DNA of 64,000 nt from the human T2T-CHM13v2.0 reference genome, Homo sapiens. Below are positions 39,101 to 53,667 of the stretch, one piece after another. The stretch lies in assembly GCF_009914755.1 (NCBI RefSeq), contig NC_060929.1. One strand, written 5' to 3'. The translations under genes were made by a program, and so were the position numbers. The first letter of the stretch is position 1. Every line of letters begins with the position of its first letter. Below the pieces are notes generated by a model that saw only the letters and a program-made list of their open reading frames with translations, searched no databases and had not been told where the DNA came from.

Positions 39101-42100
39101 TAGTAATATCACCTGTTTCATTTCTAATTGAGCTTATTTGTATCTTCTCTCTTTTTTTCTTGGTTGATCTCACTAATGAGCTATCAATTTTATTTATCTT
39201 TTTAAAGAACCAGATTTTCGTTTCATTTATTTTTTGGAATGTCTTGTTTGTTTATTTGTTTCAATTTCATTTAGTTCTGCTCTGATCTTCATTATTTATT
39301 TTCTTCTGCTGGGTTTGGGTTTGGATTGTTCTTGTTTCTCCAGTTCTGTGAGATGTGACCTTAGATTATCTTTTTGTGCTTTTTCAGGCTTTTTGATGCA
39401 GGCATTTAATGCTGTAAGCTTACCTCTTAGCACCGCTTCTGCTGTATCCCAGAGGTTTTTGTAGATTGTGTCACTATTATTGCTCAGTTGTAAGAATTTT
39501 TTAAATTTCCGTCTTGATTTCATTGTTGGCCCAAAGATTATTCAGGAGCAGGTTATTAATTTCCATGTATTTGCATGGTTTTGAGGGTTCCTTTTGGAGT
39601 TGATTTTCAATTTTATTCCACTGTGGTCTGAGAGAATACTTGACATAATTTCGATTTTCTTAAATTTACTGAGACTTGTTTTGTGGCCTATCACATGGTC
39701 TATCTTGAAGAATGTTCCATGTGCTGATGAATAGACTGTGTATTCTGCAGTTGTTGGGCAGAATGTTCTGTAAATATCTGTTAGGTCCATTTGTCGTAGG
39801 GTATAGTTTAAGCCCACTGTTTCTTTATTGACTTTCTGTCTTGATGACCTGTCTAGTGCTGTCAGTGGAGTATTAAAGTGTCCCACTATTATTGTGTTAC
39901 TGTCTATCTCATTTCTTAGATCTAGTAGTAATTGTTTTGTAAGTTTGGGAACTGTAGCATTGGATGCTTGTATATTTAGAACTGTGATATTTTCCTGTTG
40001 GACTAGTTTTTTTATTATTATATAATGTCCCTTTTTGTCTTTTTTAACTGCTATTGCTTTACAGTTTGCTTTGTCTTATATAAGAATAGCTACTCCTTCT
40101 TGCTTTTGGTGTCCATTTGCATGGAATATCTTTTTCCACCACTTTACCTTAAGTTTATGTGAGTCCTTTTGTGTTAGGTGAACCTCCTGAAAATAGCAGA
40201 AACTTGGTTGGTGAATTCTTATCCATTCTGCCATTCTGTACATTTTAAGTGGAACATTTAGGCCATTTACATTCAATATTAGTATTACGATGTGAGGTAC
40301 TCTCCTATTCATCGTACTATCTGTTGCCTGAATACCTTGTTGTTGTTGTTATTTTCATTGTGTTATTGTTATATAGGTTCTGTGAGATTTATACCTTAAG
40401 GAAGTTCTAGTTTGGTGTATTTCAAGGATTTGTTTTAAGCTTTAGAGCTCCTTTTAGCAGTTTTTGTAGTTCTGCCTTGGTAGTGGCAAATTCTCTTAGC
40501 ATTTGTTTGTCTGGAAAAGATTGTATCTTTCCTTCATTTATGAAGCTCAGTTTCACTGGATACAAAATTCTTGGCTGATAATTCTTTTGTTTAAGGAGGC
40601 TGAAGATAGGGCCCCAATCCCTTCTAGTTTGTAGGGTTTCTGCTGACAAATCTGCTGTTAATCTGATAGGTTTTCCTTTATAGGTTACCTGATGTTTTGT
40701 CTCATAACTCTTAAGATTCTTTCCTTCATCTTGACTTTAGATAACCTGATGGCTATATGCCTAGGTGATGACGATCTTTTTGCGATGAATTTCCCGGGTG
40801 TTCTTTGAGCTTCTTACATTTGGATGTCTAGATCTCTACCAAGGCTGGGGCAGATTTCCTCGATTATTCCCTCAAATATGTTTTCCACACTTTTAGATTT
40901 TTCTTCTTCCTTGGGAAAACCAATTATTGTTAGATTTGGATGTTTAACATAGTCTCAAACTTCTTGGAGGCTTTGATCATGTTTTAAAATTCATTTTTCT
41001 TTGTCTTTGATGAATTAGGTTAATTCAAAAGCCTTGTTTTCGAGAAGTTCTTTCTTCTGCTTGTTTGATTCTATTGCTGAAACATTCCAGTGCATTTTGC
41101 ATTTCTCTAAGTGTGACCTTGATTTCCAGAAGTTGTGATTGTTTTTTATTTATGCTATCTATTTCACTGAAAAATTTTCCTTTCATATCTGGTATCACGT
41201 TTTTAATTTCTTTAAGTTGGACTTCACCTTTCTATGATGCCTCCTTATATTAGCTTAATAATTGACCTTCTGAATTCTTTTTCTGGTAATTCAGAGATTT
41301 TTATCTTAGTTTGGATCCACTGCTGGTGAGCTGGTATGATCTTTCAGGGGTGTTAAAGAACAGTGTTTAAGAATTGTTTTTCTGGTTCCTTCTTATTTGA
41401 GTAGACTATGTCAGAGGTAAGATCTGGGATTTAAGGTATTCTGTTCAGATTCTTTTGTCCCACGGGGTGCTCCATTGAAGTGGTGTTCTTCTCCTTCCCC
41501 CAGGAGTGGGGTTTCCTGAGAGCCAAACTGTAGTGATTGTTTTTGTCTTTTGGATCTAGCCACCTAGCAGAGTTTCCAGGCTCTAGGCTGGTACTGGGAA
41601 GTGTCTGCAGAGTGCTGTAATCCATCTTCAGGTCTTGCAGTGGTAGATACCAGCACCCAATCTGGTGGAGGTAGCAGGGGAGTGAGGTGAACTCTGTGAG
41701 GGTCTTTGGTTGTGTTTTTGTTTAGTGTGCTCATTTTGTGTTGGTTGGCCTCCAGCCAGGAGGTGGTACTTTCAAGAGTGCATCAGCTGCAGCCCTATAA
41801 GGAGGTTGCAAACTTGCCCTAGGGACACTTGGTTAAGTATTCAGGTTTCTCAGGTGGTGGGCAGGGCCATAGAGCTCCCAAGAGATTATGACCTTTGTCT
41901 TCAGCTACCAGGGCAGATAGAGAGAGACCACCAGGTGGGGGCAGGGATAGGCTTATCTGAGCTCAGCCTCTCCTTGGGCAGAGCTTGCTGCGATGGCTGT
42001 AAAGGATGGGTGTGTGGTTCCCAGTCCAGCGGAGTTATATTCCTAGGGGGATTATGGCTGCCATTGTTGAGTCATACAGGTCACCAGGGAAGTGGGGGGA

Positions 42101-42474
42101 AAGCCAGCAGTCACAAGCTTCACTCCGTTCCCATGCAGCCCACAGTCCTAAAGGCCAGTCTCACTCCCACCGTGCCCCTGCAACAGCACCCAGTCTATTT
42201 CCAGGCAGCCAATTACCAGGGCTGAGAACTTGCCCCAGACCACTAGCCTCCCTGCTGAGAATGCAAGCAGACTCACAAGTTTTCAGCATGTCAGGGAGCC
42301 TGCAGCGGTAATCCAATTCCTTCGAAGGGTCTGTGGATTCTCTCGGCTTTCCTGGAAATGTTGAAGCAGTAGTTCTTGAAGCAAAAGTTCATGATGTGAA
42401 TCTCCACATGCTGCTCTGTCCATCCTAGCAGGAGCTGAAAGCTAGTCCTGCCTCTTATCTACCATCTTAATCCT
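36120..42474 (-). mobile_element. Near full-length L1PB1-type LINE-1 (inactive)
   Basis: 5' UTR gattaagatggtagataagaggcaggactagc at ~42470; ORF1 end, ORF2 EN (ILNVNGLN, SDHSGIKL) and RT ([23 protein letters not shown]) remnants with stops and frameshifts; TSD cctctactc (36111-36119 / 42475-42483). Confidence 0.93.
36202..36497 (-). mobile_element. AluS (Sg-like) inserted in the L1 3' UTR
   Basis: TSD atgaataagttc / acgaataagttc. Confidence 0.93.
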
Positions 42475-42678
42475 CCTCTACTCTTTTTTGTCTCTGATTT
42501 TAACCAAGGGTGTTTTCTGACCCCAGCTCGTATGTAAATACCAATATTCTCTTTACTGGTTGGCTTCATTCAATTACACTCCATTTTCCAAGCCGGTTAT
42601 TTTGTTTAGGCATTATACTTTGGCTTCTTTTGCATATGCCTTTTTTTAAAAAAGGTATCTTTTTACAAAGATAAACCA

Positions 42679-42946
<268 letters not shown>

Positions 42947-45719
42947 CTAAGAAGTTACTCAAAATGAACTTTTGAAGAAGGAAGCCCAGACCTGTTTTTG
43001 ATCAGGGCAGAGCCCTCTGGCTCCCAAGACTCATCCGTTGCTTCTCTTTGATCAAGGCATAATTTGGGTGCCTCCCTAAGAAATTTTCTTTTTCTGAAGG
43101 GCTTACGGAGGGAGGGGCTGGTGTGATTGGAAAATGGAGCTGACATTTCTGGGTTGGTGGGATTAAGTGCTGTTTGGCAATGACTTGATAACTGAGGTAT
43201 AGAAAATGTCAGCCAACTCACTGAATAACTTCATTTCGACACATAACACTAAAGATAGTTGGAGGTCACACCAAAGGAACCTGCTCCACACCTTGTAACC
43301 TAGACTTTCCCTATATGGAGAGAAGTGAGCGATGCAATCTGTCATCTGGGTGTCCTGAACACGGAAGAGCATTACATATGGGTAAAGCAGCGGTGAGCAA
43401 GCAGGGACTGGAGGTGGGCGTGTGCCAGCACCTTCTCTACACCTGACTCCATGACAGGAGTTCTAAACGCTCTACTTCATTTAACCCCTACAGCAGTTTT
43501 CAGGATGTAAATCGTATTGCTACTTTGCTACTGAAGTGAAATAATTTGCCAAGTTCATAGAGACAATACATGTCAAAGGTGAACCTTGAGCCCTTGTCTA
43601 ATTCTGAAGCTCACTCACGGTCTTTGCACTTTCTTATACTGCCTAGTTCAGCCCAGGTGTGAAATAGGAAAGGTCTCTTCATGTCTAATTAATAAGTTGA
43701 TAGTAATTTCTTTACTTAATGATAAAGTTAATTTTTTTAGAATGCCCAGAATTTAGCCACATAAAACCCACACATTCCTGTTTTTCTCAAAATTTAAATA
43801 ATTTCAAAAAGTTCTCACACTTAGAAATGATGAGGAAGTGTGCCCCGTCCCCCAAAAGCAAATAAAGTAAATTTTACTTTCCTCTGCTAACCAGGAGAGA
43901 ATATTCTTTTAGATTTTGTAAAGGGGAGCTACAATCTATTTTAGTCTTAACAGTGACTTCTCCTTGGAACTGGTAACAAGTTAACATCTTTGCACATGAG
44001 TTTTTTAATGGTTAACTCTGGGGGAAGAAAGCAAGCCACAAAACCATTGAGGGGTTCTGTGCCAGGTGCTCTGCTACTTTATTTAAGGACTGTCATTTCT
44101 AAATCTGATCTCTAATCAAGACTTGGCAGAAGGGCCTCCTGTTGGCCCTTCGGCAAAGAGCCTTCCTGTGCCTTTGGAGGAATCCTTCATAATTGAACTC
44201 TGAATGTAGTCAGATGGCCTGAGTCTTCTACAACACATAATCCAAGAGCTTCTCTCAGAGTTTTACAGATAATTTTGACTCCTTTGCAAAGGCAGAATGT
44301 ACAGAGAAGCATTCAGAACCCCCCATGTAAAAATCTTTTTGGAACACAAAAACTCAAAACTTAAAAAAATAATAAAGGGCAACACTACAATGGAAAATAG
44401 CGTTGTCATCTGTTTCTCGTTATTTCTTATCTGTTTCTCATCCTTCATTTCGATAGGTGCAGTTTTATTTTTAGACTCTTGTCTTTATGGCTTGAGGGCT
44501 CTTGCTGTGGTTTTCCACAAGTTTTACCAGCTTTCTCCGCAGCATGTCTTAATGGGAGGGTTGTTTGGGTGATTAACCTGATGCTGAGTTTAAGCGCTGC
44601 TTGGCAGGTTGCTGGGTTTATGCTTACAGCATGTGTGCAGAGTGTTATGTTTTCAAGCAGAGCTTCGGAGATTCATTTGTTCCACTCAGTATTTCCCCTG
44701 AGGAAAGCTTAACAGCTCTGTTTTTTGAAACATCCTTGTGACAGGTCTGATTCATGACTATCAGAGCTGGAGCGAATTTCCGATCATCTATTTTGGAAGA
44801 AATGCCTCTTTCATTGGGAGCAGGTTGGAGGGGTCCATTTTGCTGCTGGTTTAAAAACCAGGATTAGAGAAAGAGAGAGTGAGAATTGTAGAGTACAAGG
44901 ATATTTACTAAGTACTGAATTATTAATTTTTTTCCTAATGCATGTCCTTTTTTGTGAGTTACTATTTGTATAACTTATTTTGCGTATTGCTAGATCTTTC
45001 CATTTGCCTATTTCCTTTTCTTTTGTGAAATAATAACTACATGATGGAGATGCTTTACTGACCCAAATTTCTTAAATGTTCCTTTTTCTCTTTGTATATG
45101 TTAAAGGATGTGGGGAACCAGGTGAGGTGTGGCCCTTTGTTTCCAAGGGCCTGATTCATGTTCTGCATGTGAAATGAGGGATAGAGCACAGAAGGAGCCT
45201 GAGAGCAAAGTGGCCCCTGGATAAATCTTGTGTTTGAATTGGATTTTCTTTCTCAGCTTGGTAAAGCCCACATGATTTCCAAATATTATGAATCATCATT
45301 GGAGATGGCAATTGGGAGAACATATTTTTTCTGTTTATTTATCAGACAATTTTTTTTTTCCTAAACCAGGCTATACTTTAGGGCAATGGCTTCCTGGTGG
45401 GCAAACATCATAATGGGACTCATAGCAATCTGGTGAAAGGGACAATTTAAGTCTTCAGCTTGCAAGAAATATATGGTGGTTTTGAGCAATTTTTTCCAAC
45501 AGACTTTTTACCATTTGTGAAGCTCCTGCCAGGGCAACTAAAAGGAACACTGAATTTTCCTGGTATTTTCACTATGTCTTTGGTTTAATGATAGCAAAGC
45601 CTTTTCCCATAAAGAAAGTCTGTTCTGCTCCTGGCAGAGGACAACAATGGCAGTCTTTCGCAGGCTCAGTCACCCTTCAGGTAACCTCCTTATCCCAAGT
45701 CAACCTTTTCTCCTTTATT

Positions 45720-46460
45720 TTTCTTTTATATCCCATATCTAGCCCACTAATAGATTGTGTGGGCCCCACATCAGATGTATCCAGCAGCTTCTCCTGTCCA
45801 CCTCCTCCATTGTTTCTCCCCTGAATGAGTGCAGTGATCTCTTCTCTGGTTCCCAAATTCGCCCTTGCCTTTCCACGGATGGTACACAAAGGATCTACCT
45901 GGAGGGGTCCTTAAACGCCAAGATCAGATCAATCCATTTCCTGCTTAAAGCCCTGTAATGGCTTTCCATTTTACTCAAAATAAGATTTAACACCAATAAA
46001 ATTCAGTCTCTTTATCAAGGCCTCATATCCCTTCATATAATTTGATCCTTTCTCTGCCACCTCTCATTTCTCCATCACCCCTCTATCTCTCTCCTTCTCT
46101 TTTCTCTGCATTCTACTACATTAACCTTTTGTTTCCATGAATATTTCAAGTTCAATCCTACTATGAGTCCTTTGCAGTTGCTGCTCATGCTGCCTGGAAG
46201 TTCTTTCCCCAGGTTTTTGCATGGCTGACTTTTTGTCATTTAGGTCTCAGTTCCTCGGTAGTATCTAAATAGCCTTGCCTGAGCCATTCTCCTTGAGTGT
46301 CATCATTGAGTTTGCCATCTTCATAGTCCTCGTCACTGGTTGATATTTTTTGTTTACTCTTCTTATTTTTAGCCCTTCCCCTAGCATATATGTTATATAA
46401 TATTGGGACCTTAATTTTTTTCCCTCAGGACATTGTAGGTACTTAATACAGTAAATGAAT
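45720..46460 (+). mobile_element. L2 LINE 3' remnant
   Basis: cctgcttaaagccctgtaatggctttcc...gtaggtacttaatacagtaaatgaat. Confidence 0.65.
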
Positions 46461-46579
46461 TAAGTTTTTCACTAAATGAAGACAGCAAGAAAGAGTACAT
46501 ACTCAATAGTACTTACTGAAGATGGGGGACTGGAGAGAAAAGGTCTTACTGCCTAGGCGTGCTGCATTTTATCTTCGGC

Positions 46580-47395
46580 CTTCATTAATTTATCCGTTTA
46601 AGAAATATTTAATTGCTTACTATGTGCTAAGCACTGTTTTAGGTCATGCCAGTAGAGCATAAACCAAATAAGGCCTCTGCCCTCTCAGACATGACATTTT
46701 AGAGTGAAGATTTAGATATGAAATATATAAGATATCAGATGATTACAGGTACAATGAAGATTAAGAGAAGAAGACGTGTTGGGCGAGGTGTGAGGATTTG
46801 CTATTTTAAAATAAAGGATCATCAGGGAAGGCTTCTCACAAGGTAACAGTTGAACAGAACAAGACACGTGGCTATGGGTGGGAAGAGAGTTACACGTGGG
46901 GCATATCCAGAGTCCCTGAGGGAGAAGTCAGCCTGATATATTCCAAGAACAGCAAGAAGGTCAGCAACAGCAGCAGTGGATAAATGAGGAGAAGAGTAAT
47001 AGCAGAGAAGTTAGAGAGTTGGGGAAGGATGAGAGATCACAAAGGGCCTTGTGGGCCGTTGTAAGGACTTCAGTTTTCACTCTGTGTTACCTGGGAAGCT
47101 ACTAGAAGGTTTGGGGCAGAGAAGTGATCAGATTTTCATTTTTAATGGGTCACTTTGGCTACTGTGAGGTGAACTGACTATAGCAGAGGCAAGAGTGGAA
47201 GAAGGAAAAGCTGGTTGGGGGGTTATTGCAATAGTTCGAGTGAGAGGTGGTAGTGGTTTAGCCAAGGCACCGGCAGTAGAAGAGGTGAGAAGTGGTCACC
47301 TGCCTATATATAATAAAGGTAGTGCTTACAGAAGTTGATGTAGAGTGTGAGAAGAGAGGAGTCAGGACCACCCCTTGAATTTTGGACTGAATGTT
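46580..47395 (-). mobile_element. L2 LINE 3' remnant
   Basis: ttcattaatttat...tactatgtgctaagcactgttttagg...cagggaaggcttctc...gggccttgtgggcc. Confidence 0.7.
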
Positions 47396-49020
47396 CTTAG
47401 AGGCCTCATTCAGTTCTAAGTTCTATCTGCTTAGAAATAAGCAGAGAGTTGTTGTTCCATATTTGATACATAGACATGGCAAAGACCGATGCAAAATGGA
47501 ATGGGCACCAGGATTTATAAACAAGGTTACTCATTTGGACCACAGGGTTTAGCTTGAGGCAAGAAATCACACTTGAAGTTCTCACCAACAATTGTATTGC
47601 TTTATCACATTAACACTTTGAGTTGTGTAAGGGACTAGATTTCTTTTATTGTGTTGGCTGCTGAAAAGCTTAATGCTATATTTAGTTAGTCTTTGCTATG
47701 TAACAAATCCCCCCAAAATGCAGTGTCTTAAACAGCAAATATTTTAATAGCCAGTGGCTGAGTCAGAAATTTATGCTGTACTCAGCTGGGTGATATGTTG
47801 TCTTGCTGTACTTTACACACATTACAAAACTATCTTTAATATTGTAATTTGTTTTACCATATTATAATTTATGATTGAATTTTTTACCCTGATGTGTGAG
47901 ATGTCTTGGTTTAGAAAACTTTGCACTTAGCTTTTTGTGACTTTCTGGAGTATTTCACAGCTTTATATGAACTCAAAATTAGTCATCAGATACTTGAGGG
48001 AGTTAGTATTTCCCATCTGGGCCTGACTAGTAGTCTTCTCTCCAGAGACTTCTTCCTTCCATCTTCATTCAATGAAAGGAGGATGTTCTAACCCGTAAGA
48101 GTGACAAACCACAAGCATTGCCTCAATGTACGCTATGGTAACACTCTATTCTAGTTCATCTCTGTAAATTGGTGGACTTTGAGATTCATTCTTTGGAGAG
48201 AAATGAAAATTCTAGAACTAGAGTATTTAAGAAGAAACATGATCTTTGTTTGTGGACTGCTTCTTCTTCCAAGTAGCTGAAGATTGAAACAGATCCAATT
48301 GTGAAAAGGAACATTGACTTCCTCACCAGCTGTAAAATGATCTATCACAGTCAGGTTTCTTTGAGGGTTGCTTACTATTTTTCCTTATGTCTGACTACCA
48401 AGCCAAATTCCAGGAGGGTTATTATGTTATTGAAGACCAGTTGCCCAGTGACTCAGTTGGCTTCTCTGGGCATCAGGGCTGCTGAAAAGAGCTCTTCCTC
48501 TACATATCTAGAATAAATGTATTTTTATTTTTTAAAATTCGCCATATAAAAATGGTAGGATTTGGATCAGCGAAGAGTAGGTTGAACCATGGGCACAAAA
48601 GGGATGCTGGAGATTTGGGGGAAAACTGCTTCCCATGCCTCCCCCTGAGAAGTAGGGCAAACCTTTGGAGTAGCTCACAGAGAGCTTCTGGAGAAATGAG
48701 AAGGCCTCTTTGAGCTTTAATAGGTTTGAATGCTAAAGGGCAAGAAGTAAATGATGGTGAATACAATTTGAGAAGTGACAGTGGCTTTATCCAAGGCATT
48801 AGCAGTGGAAGGGATGAGAAGTCGTCACTTGCTCATACCTAATGAAGGCAGTGCCTATAGGATTTTAAGTAAAGTGTGACAGGAGAGGGTCAGAATACTT
48901 CAATTAACTTTTATAGGGAAAAGCAATGGTAGTGATTTGGGAGGTGTCTATTCTTCCCTTCTAAGATCACGACCAACAGTGAGGCTTAGGGGGCACATAC
49001 TGCTTAATATATTGCCATTA

Positions 49021-49383
<363 letters not shown>

Positions 49384-50059
49384 TCATAGAAGAAAAGATG
49401 AAGGAAATACATGAAAATAGTAATTATGGATTTATCTGCATGATTGGGATTATAGGTGCTGTGTCCCAATATTTTATTATAAAAATTTTTTAATGTACAG
49501 AAAATTTAAAATAATTTTACAGTAAACATCTATACACCCACTATCTAAATTTTACCATAGGCATTTATTATACTTGCTTTATCACATATTTATCAATCTA
49601 TCCATCCTATATTCACCCATTAAGCTATCTTATATTTTTAAAAAATACTGCATTGAAAGGATATAGGATAGTTTATAGATACCAGAAAGGATGGGGAGAC
49701 CAGCTTAGAAAATCAACAGGAAAAAGAAGGCTAAGAAGTAAGAATTGCAGGCCAAATCATGCCACAAAACCACTGTGATGAGGATCTCCCACCCTCCGCC
49801 AAATATCAGAACATTGAAGCTTACACAAGGGTCACTGCTGCTCCAGGAACTTGTTGTTGCAGCCACAAAGAGAATGGGTTCCCCACTGTTTGGTGGGTGC
49901 AGCTGACTGGCTGAGTTGTTGTCTGTTTGAATATCAGTCCTTTTCAGTAGAGGGTGATATTCTTTGCCTTCCACTCAGATATATGTGGTAGGGAATTGCC
50001 CAATCAAGATGCAGAGCAGCCAAAGCTATTCTACAAATGTCCACTAAAAACAATGAACG

Positions 50060-50376
<317 letters not shown>

Positions 50377-50389
50377 CAATGCGAGGAAG

Positions 50390-50640
50390 TATGGATGGTT
50401 GGATGGGTTGGTAGTCAGTTGGGTAGTTGGATGGATGAGTGGATAGATGGATGATGGATGGATAGACAGACGGGTAGGTGGGTAGATGGATGGATGAATG
50501 GGTGAATGAATGATGGATGGATGGGTGGGTGGGTGGTGGATGGGTGAATGGGTGGGTGAGTAAGTAGATGGATGATGGATGGATGGCTGGATGGGTGGAT
50601 TGGTGGGTGGAAGGATAGATGGGTGGGTGGGTGGATAGGT
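50390..50640. repeat. (TGGA)n/(TGGG)n degenerate microsatellite
   Basis: Directly visible. Confidence 0.9.
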
Positions 50641-50817
50641 CGATGAAGAAACTGAGGCTCTGTGACTGATCAAAGTCCACACAGCTGAGAGATAGCAGAG
50701 CTCTACTACTTCTGAGCCAGGGCTCTTTCCTCTGCCCCACACTGATGCAGCCAAGATCCATCGTTTTCAAATGTTTAATCTTCTGTGTTGCCTTTGGAGA
50801 CACTGCCTTTGCTGAGG

Positions 50818-50995
50818 TGTGTTACGAGATATGGTCGTTTTAAAACATGGCTAAAATTTCTATGGCACCCCTGTTAAAAGATGTAGCCTATGTTCCTTCC
50901 CCTTGAGCCTGAGTAGAACTTTGTGACAACCACCATAAATAGAATGCAACACACATGCTACTACAAGACTTCCAGTGACGTTAGAAAAGGCCAGG
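50818..50995 (+). mobile_element. MLT1 (G/H-like) LTR 5' fragment
   Basis: tatgttccttccccttgagcctgag...aatagaatg...gacttcc...gaaaaggcca; truncated. Confidence 0.55.
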
Positions 50996-52275
50996 GTCAT
51001 TTAAAAAATGCATTTCAAAGTAAATTGTAGACTTCAATATACTTCCTCCTAAACACTTCAACATTTATTTACAGTTTCTTAAGTGTAAAATGTACATACA
51101 ATGAAATGCCTAAATCTTAAATGTGCATTTACTGAGTTTTGACAAATTTATGCACCCATTTAAACCCATTTAAACTCTATGGAAATATTGAACTTTGGCA
51201 TTGAAGAGAGTAAAAAAACTCCCTATGTCCCTTCCTAGTCAACCTCTCCCTCCAACCTTGAAATAACTAGTGTTCTAATTTCTTTCCCCACTATAGATTA
51301 GTTTTGCTTGTTCTAGAATGTCTATAAATGAAGTCATACTGTGAGTGTTCTTTTATGTAAGGCTCTTTAAGTCAGCATCATATTTTTGAGATACATCCAT
51401 GTTGTGTTTATCAGTAGTATGCAACTTTTTATTGCTGTGTACAATTCTATTATATGAATATGCCAATTTATTCATCCATTCACTTATTGATGAATATCTT
51501 GGATTTTTCCAGTTTAGGGCTATGATGAATAAAGTTTCAATGAACATTCTTGTACAAGTTTTTTTTGTGGACATGTTTTCATTTTTCTTGGGTAAACATA
51601 GGAATGGAATTAGTGGGTCATAGGCTAGGTATATATCTAGTTTTATAAGAAAGGGCCAAACCTTTTCCAAAGTGCTATTAACATTTTATATTCCAGTCAA
51701 CAATACATGAGTCTTACTGTTCTATATTCTTTCCAACATTTAGTGTTGTCAGTGTTTTGAATTTTAGTCATTCAGGTTGGTGTGTCATTATACGGTAATT
51801 TTAATTTGCATTTCACTTATGGCTAATTATGTTGAACACTTTTTCATGTGCTTATTGGCCATTTGCATATTTTCATTTGTGAAGTGTCTGTTCAAATCTT
51901 TTGTTCATTTATAAAATTGGGTTATTGTTTTATTGTTGAGTTGAAGGAGTTCTTTATGCATCCCAGGCAATAAACCTTGTCAGATAAATGTCTTGTGAAT
52001 ATTTTCTCACTCCAGGCTGTGGTGTGCCCATTCATTTTCCTAATAATATCTTTTGGTGAACAGAAATTATCATTTTTGGCAGTGTAATTTATTTTTTCTT
52101 TTATGATTTTGCTTTATTGTTTTAGCTTTTATGTTTAGATCTATGATTCATTTGAAGTTAATTTTTGTGTATGGTGAGAAAAGGGTCAATGTTCATATTT
52201 TAAATATGAATATCTGGTTATTTCAGCACTATTTGCTGAAAAGACTCTCTTTTTCTCATTATATATATACATATT

Positions 52276-52523
52276 TGCAGTGGCTTGATCTTGGTTCATT
52301 GTAACCTCCACCTCCTGGGTTTAAGTTATTCTCTTGCCTCAGCCTCCCAAGTAGCTGGGATTACAGGAGCCCACTACCGCACCTGGCTAATTTTCATATT
52401 TTTAGTAGAAACGGGGTTTCACCATGTTGACCAGGCTGGTCTTGAACTCCTGGCCTCAAGTGATTCACCTGCTTCGGTCTCCCAAAGTGCTAGGATTACA
52501 GGCATGAGCCTCCACGCCTGGCC
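52276..52523 (-). mobile_element. Alu lacking its 3' end and tail
   Basis: tgcagtggcttgatcttgg...acgcctggcc. Confidence 0.88.
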
Positions 52524-52785
52524 TCATAATAATTCTTTATAAAAACTCTGAGTATTTATGTATTGTTTTTCTATTGCTGCCATACAAATTACCACAATCT
52601 CAGTGGCTTAAACAACACTAATTTATCTTACACTTCTGCAACTCAAAAGTCTGACATGAGTGTCACTGGACTAAATCAAGGTGTTGGCAGGGCTGTGTTC
52701 TTTTCTTGGCCTTCTAGTAGAGAATGCGTTTCTTTGCATTTTCCAGCTGCTAGAGGCCACTCACATTCCTCGGCTCACGGCCCCT

Positions 52786-53249
52786 TTTGTTGGTTGAATT
52801 GTTTCTCCCAAAAATATATGTTGAAGTCCTAATCCTTGGTATCTGTGAAAGCGACCTTATTTGGAAACAAAGTCTTTGTAGATGTAATGAAGGCGTAAAC
52901 TAAGATGAAGTTGTATTATAGTGGAGTGGACCCTTAATCTGAAATGACTGGTGTCCTCCTAAGAAGAGAAGTACAGAGACAGATATACAAAGGAAGGGTG
53001 TCACATGACCAGGAAGTCTAAAGCGCTGGAAGCAGCAGGCCAACGAATGCTAAGGATTTCTGGCAAACCACCAGAGGCCAGGAGGGGGCAAGGGAAGATT
53101 CTCCCCTACAGATTTTGGAGTGAGCATCACCCCACTGACATCCTGATTTTGGACTTCAGGACTTCAGAAGTGTGAGACAATCAATTTCCATTATGTTAAG
53201 TCACATAGTCTATGATGTTTTGTTAGAGCAGCCACAGGAGACTAATCAG
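52786..53249 (+). mobile_element. MLT1C-like LTR
   Basis: ggttgaattgtttctcccaaaaatatatgttgaagtcctaa...agcagccacaggagactaat. Confidence 0.8.
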
Positions 53250-53278
53250 TCGCCTTTCTCCATCTTCAAAGCAAGTAA

Positions 53279-53667
<389 letters not shown>

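Noticed and set aside
36833-40649. Endonuclease/RT ORFs as an active retroelement or novel RT system
   Set aside because: Fragmented L1PB ORF1/ORF2 with many stops, frameshifts and a deletion
41710-42311. 171-aa and 101-aa plus-strand ORFs
   Set aside because: Antisense to the L1PB 5' UTR; no recognisable protein, and the longer one has no ATG start
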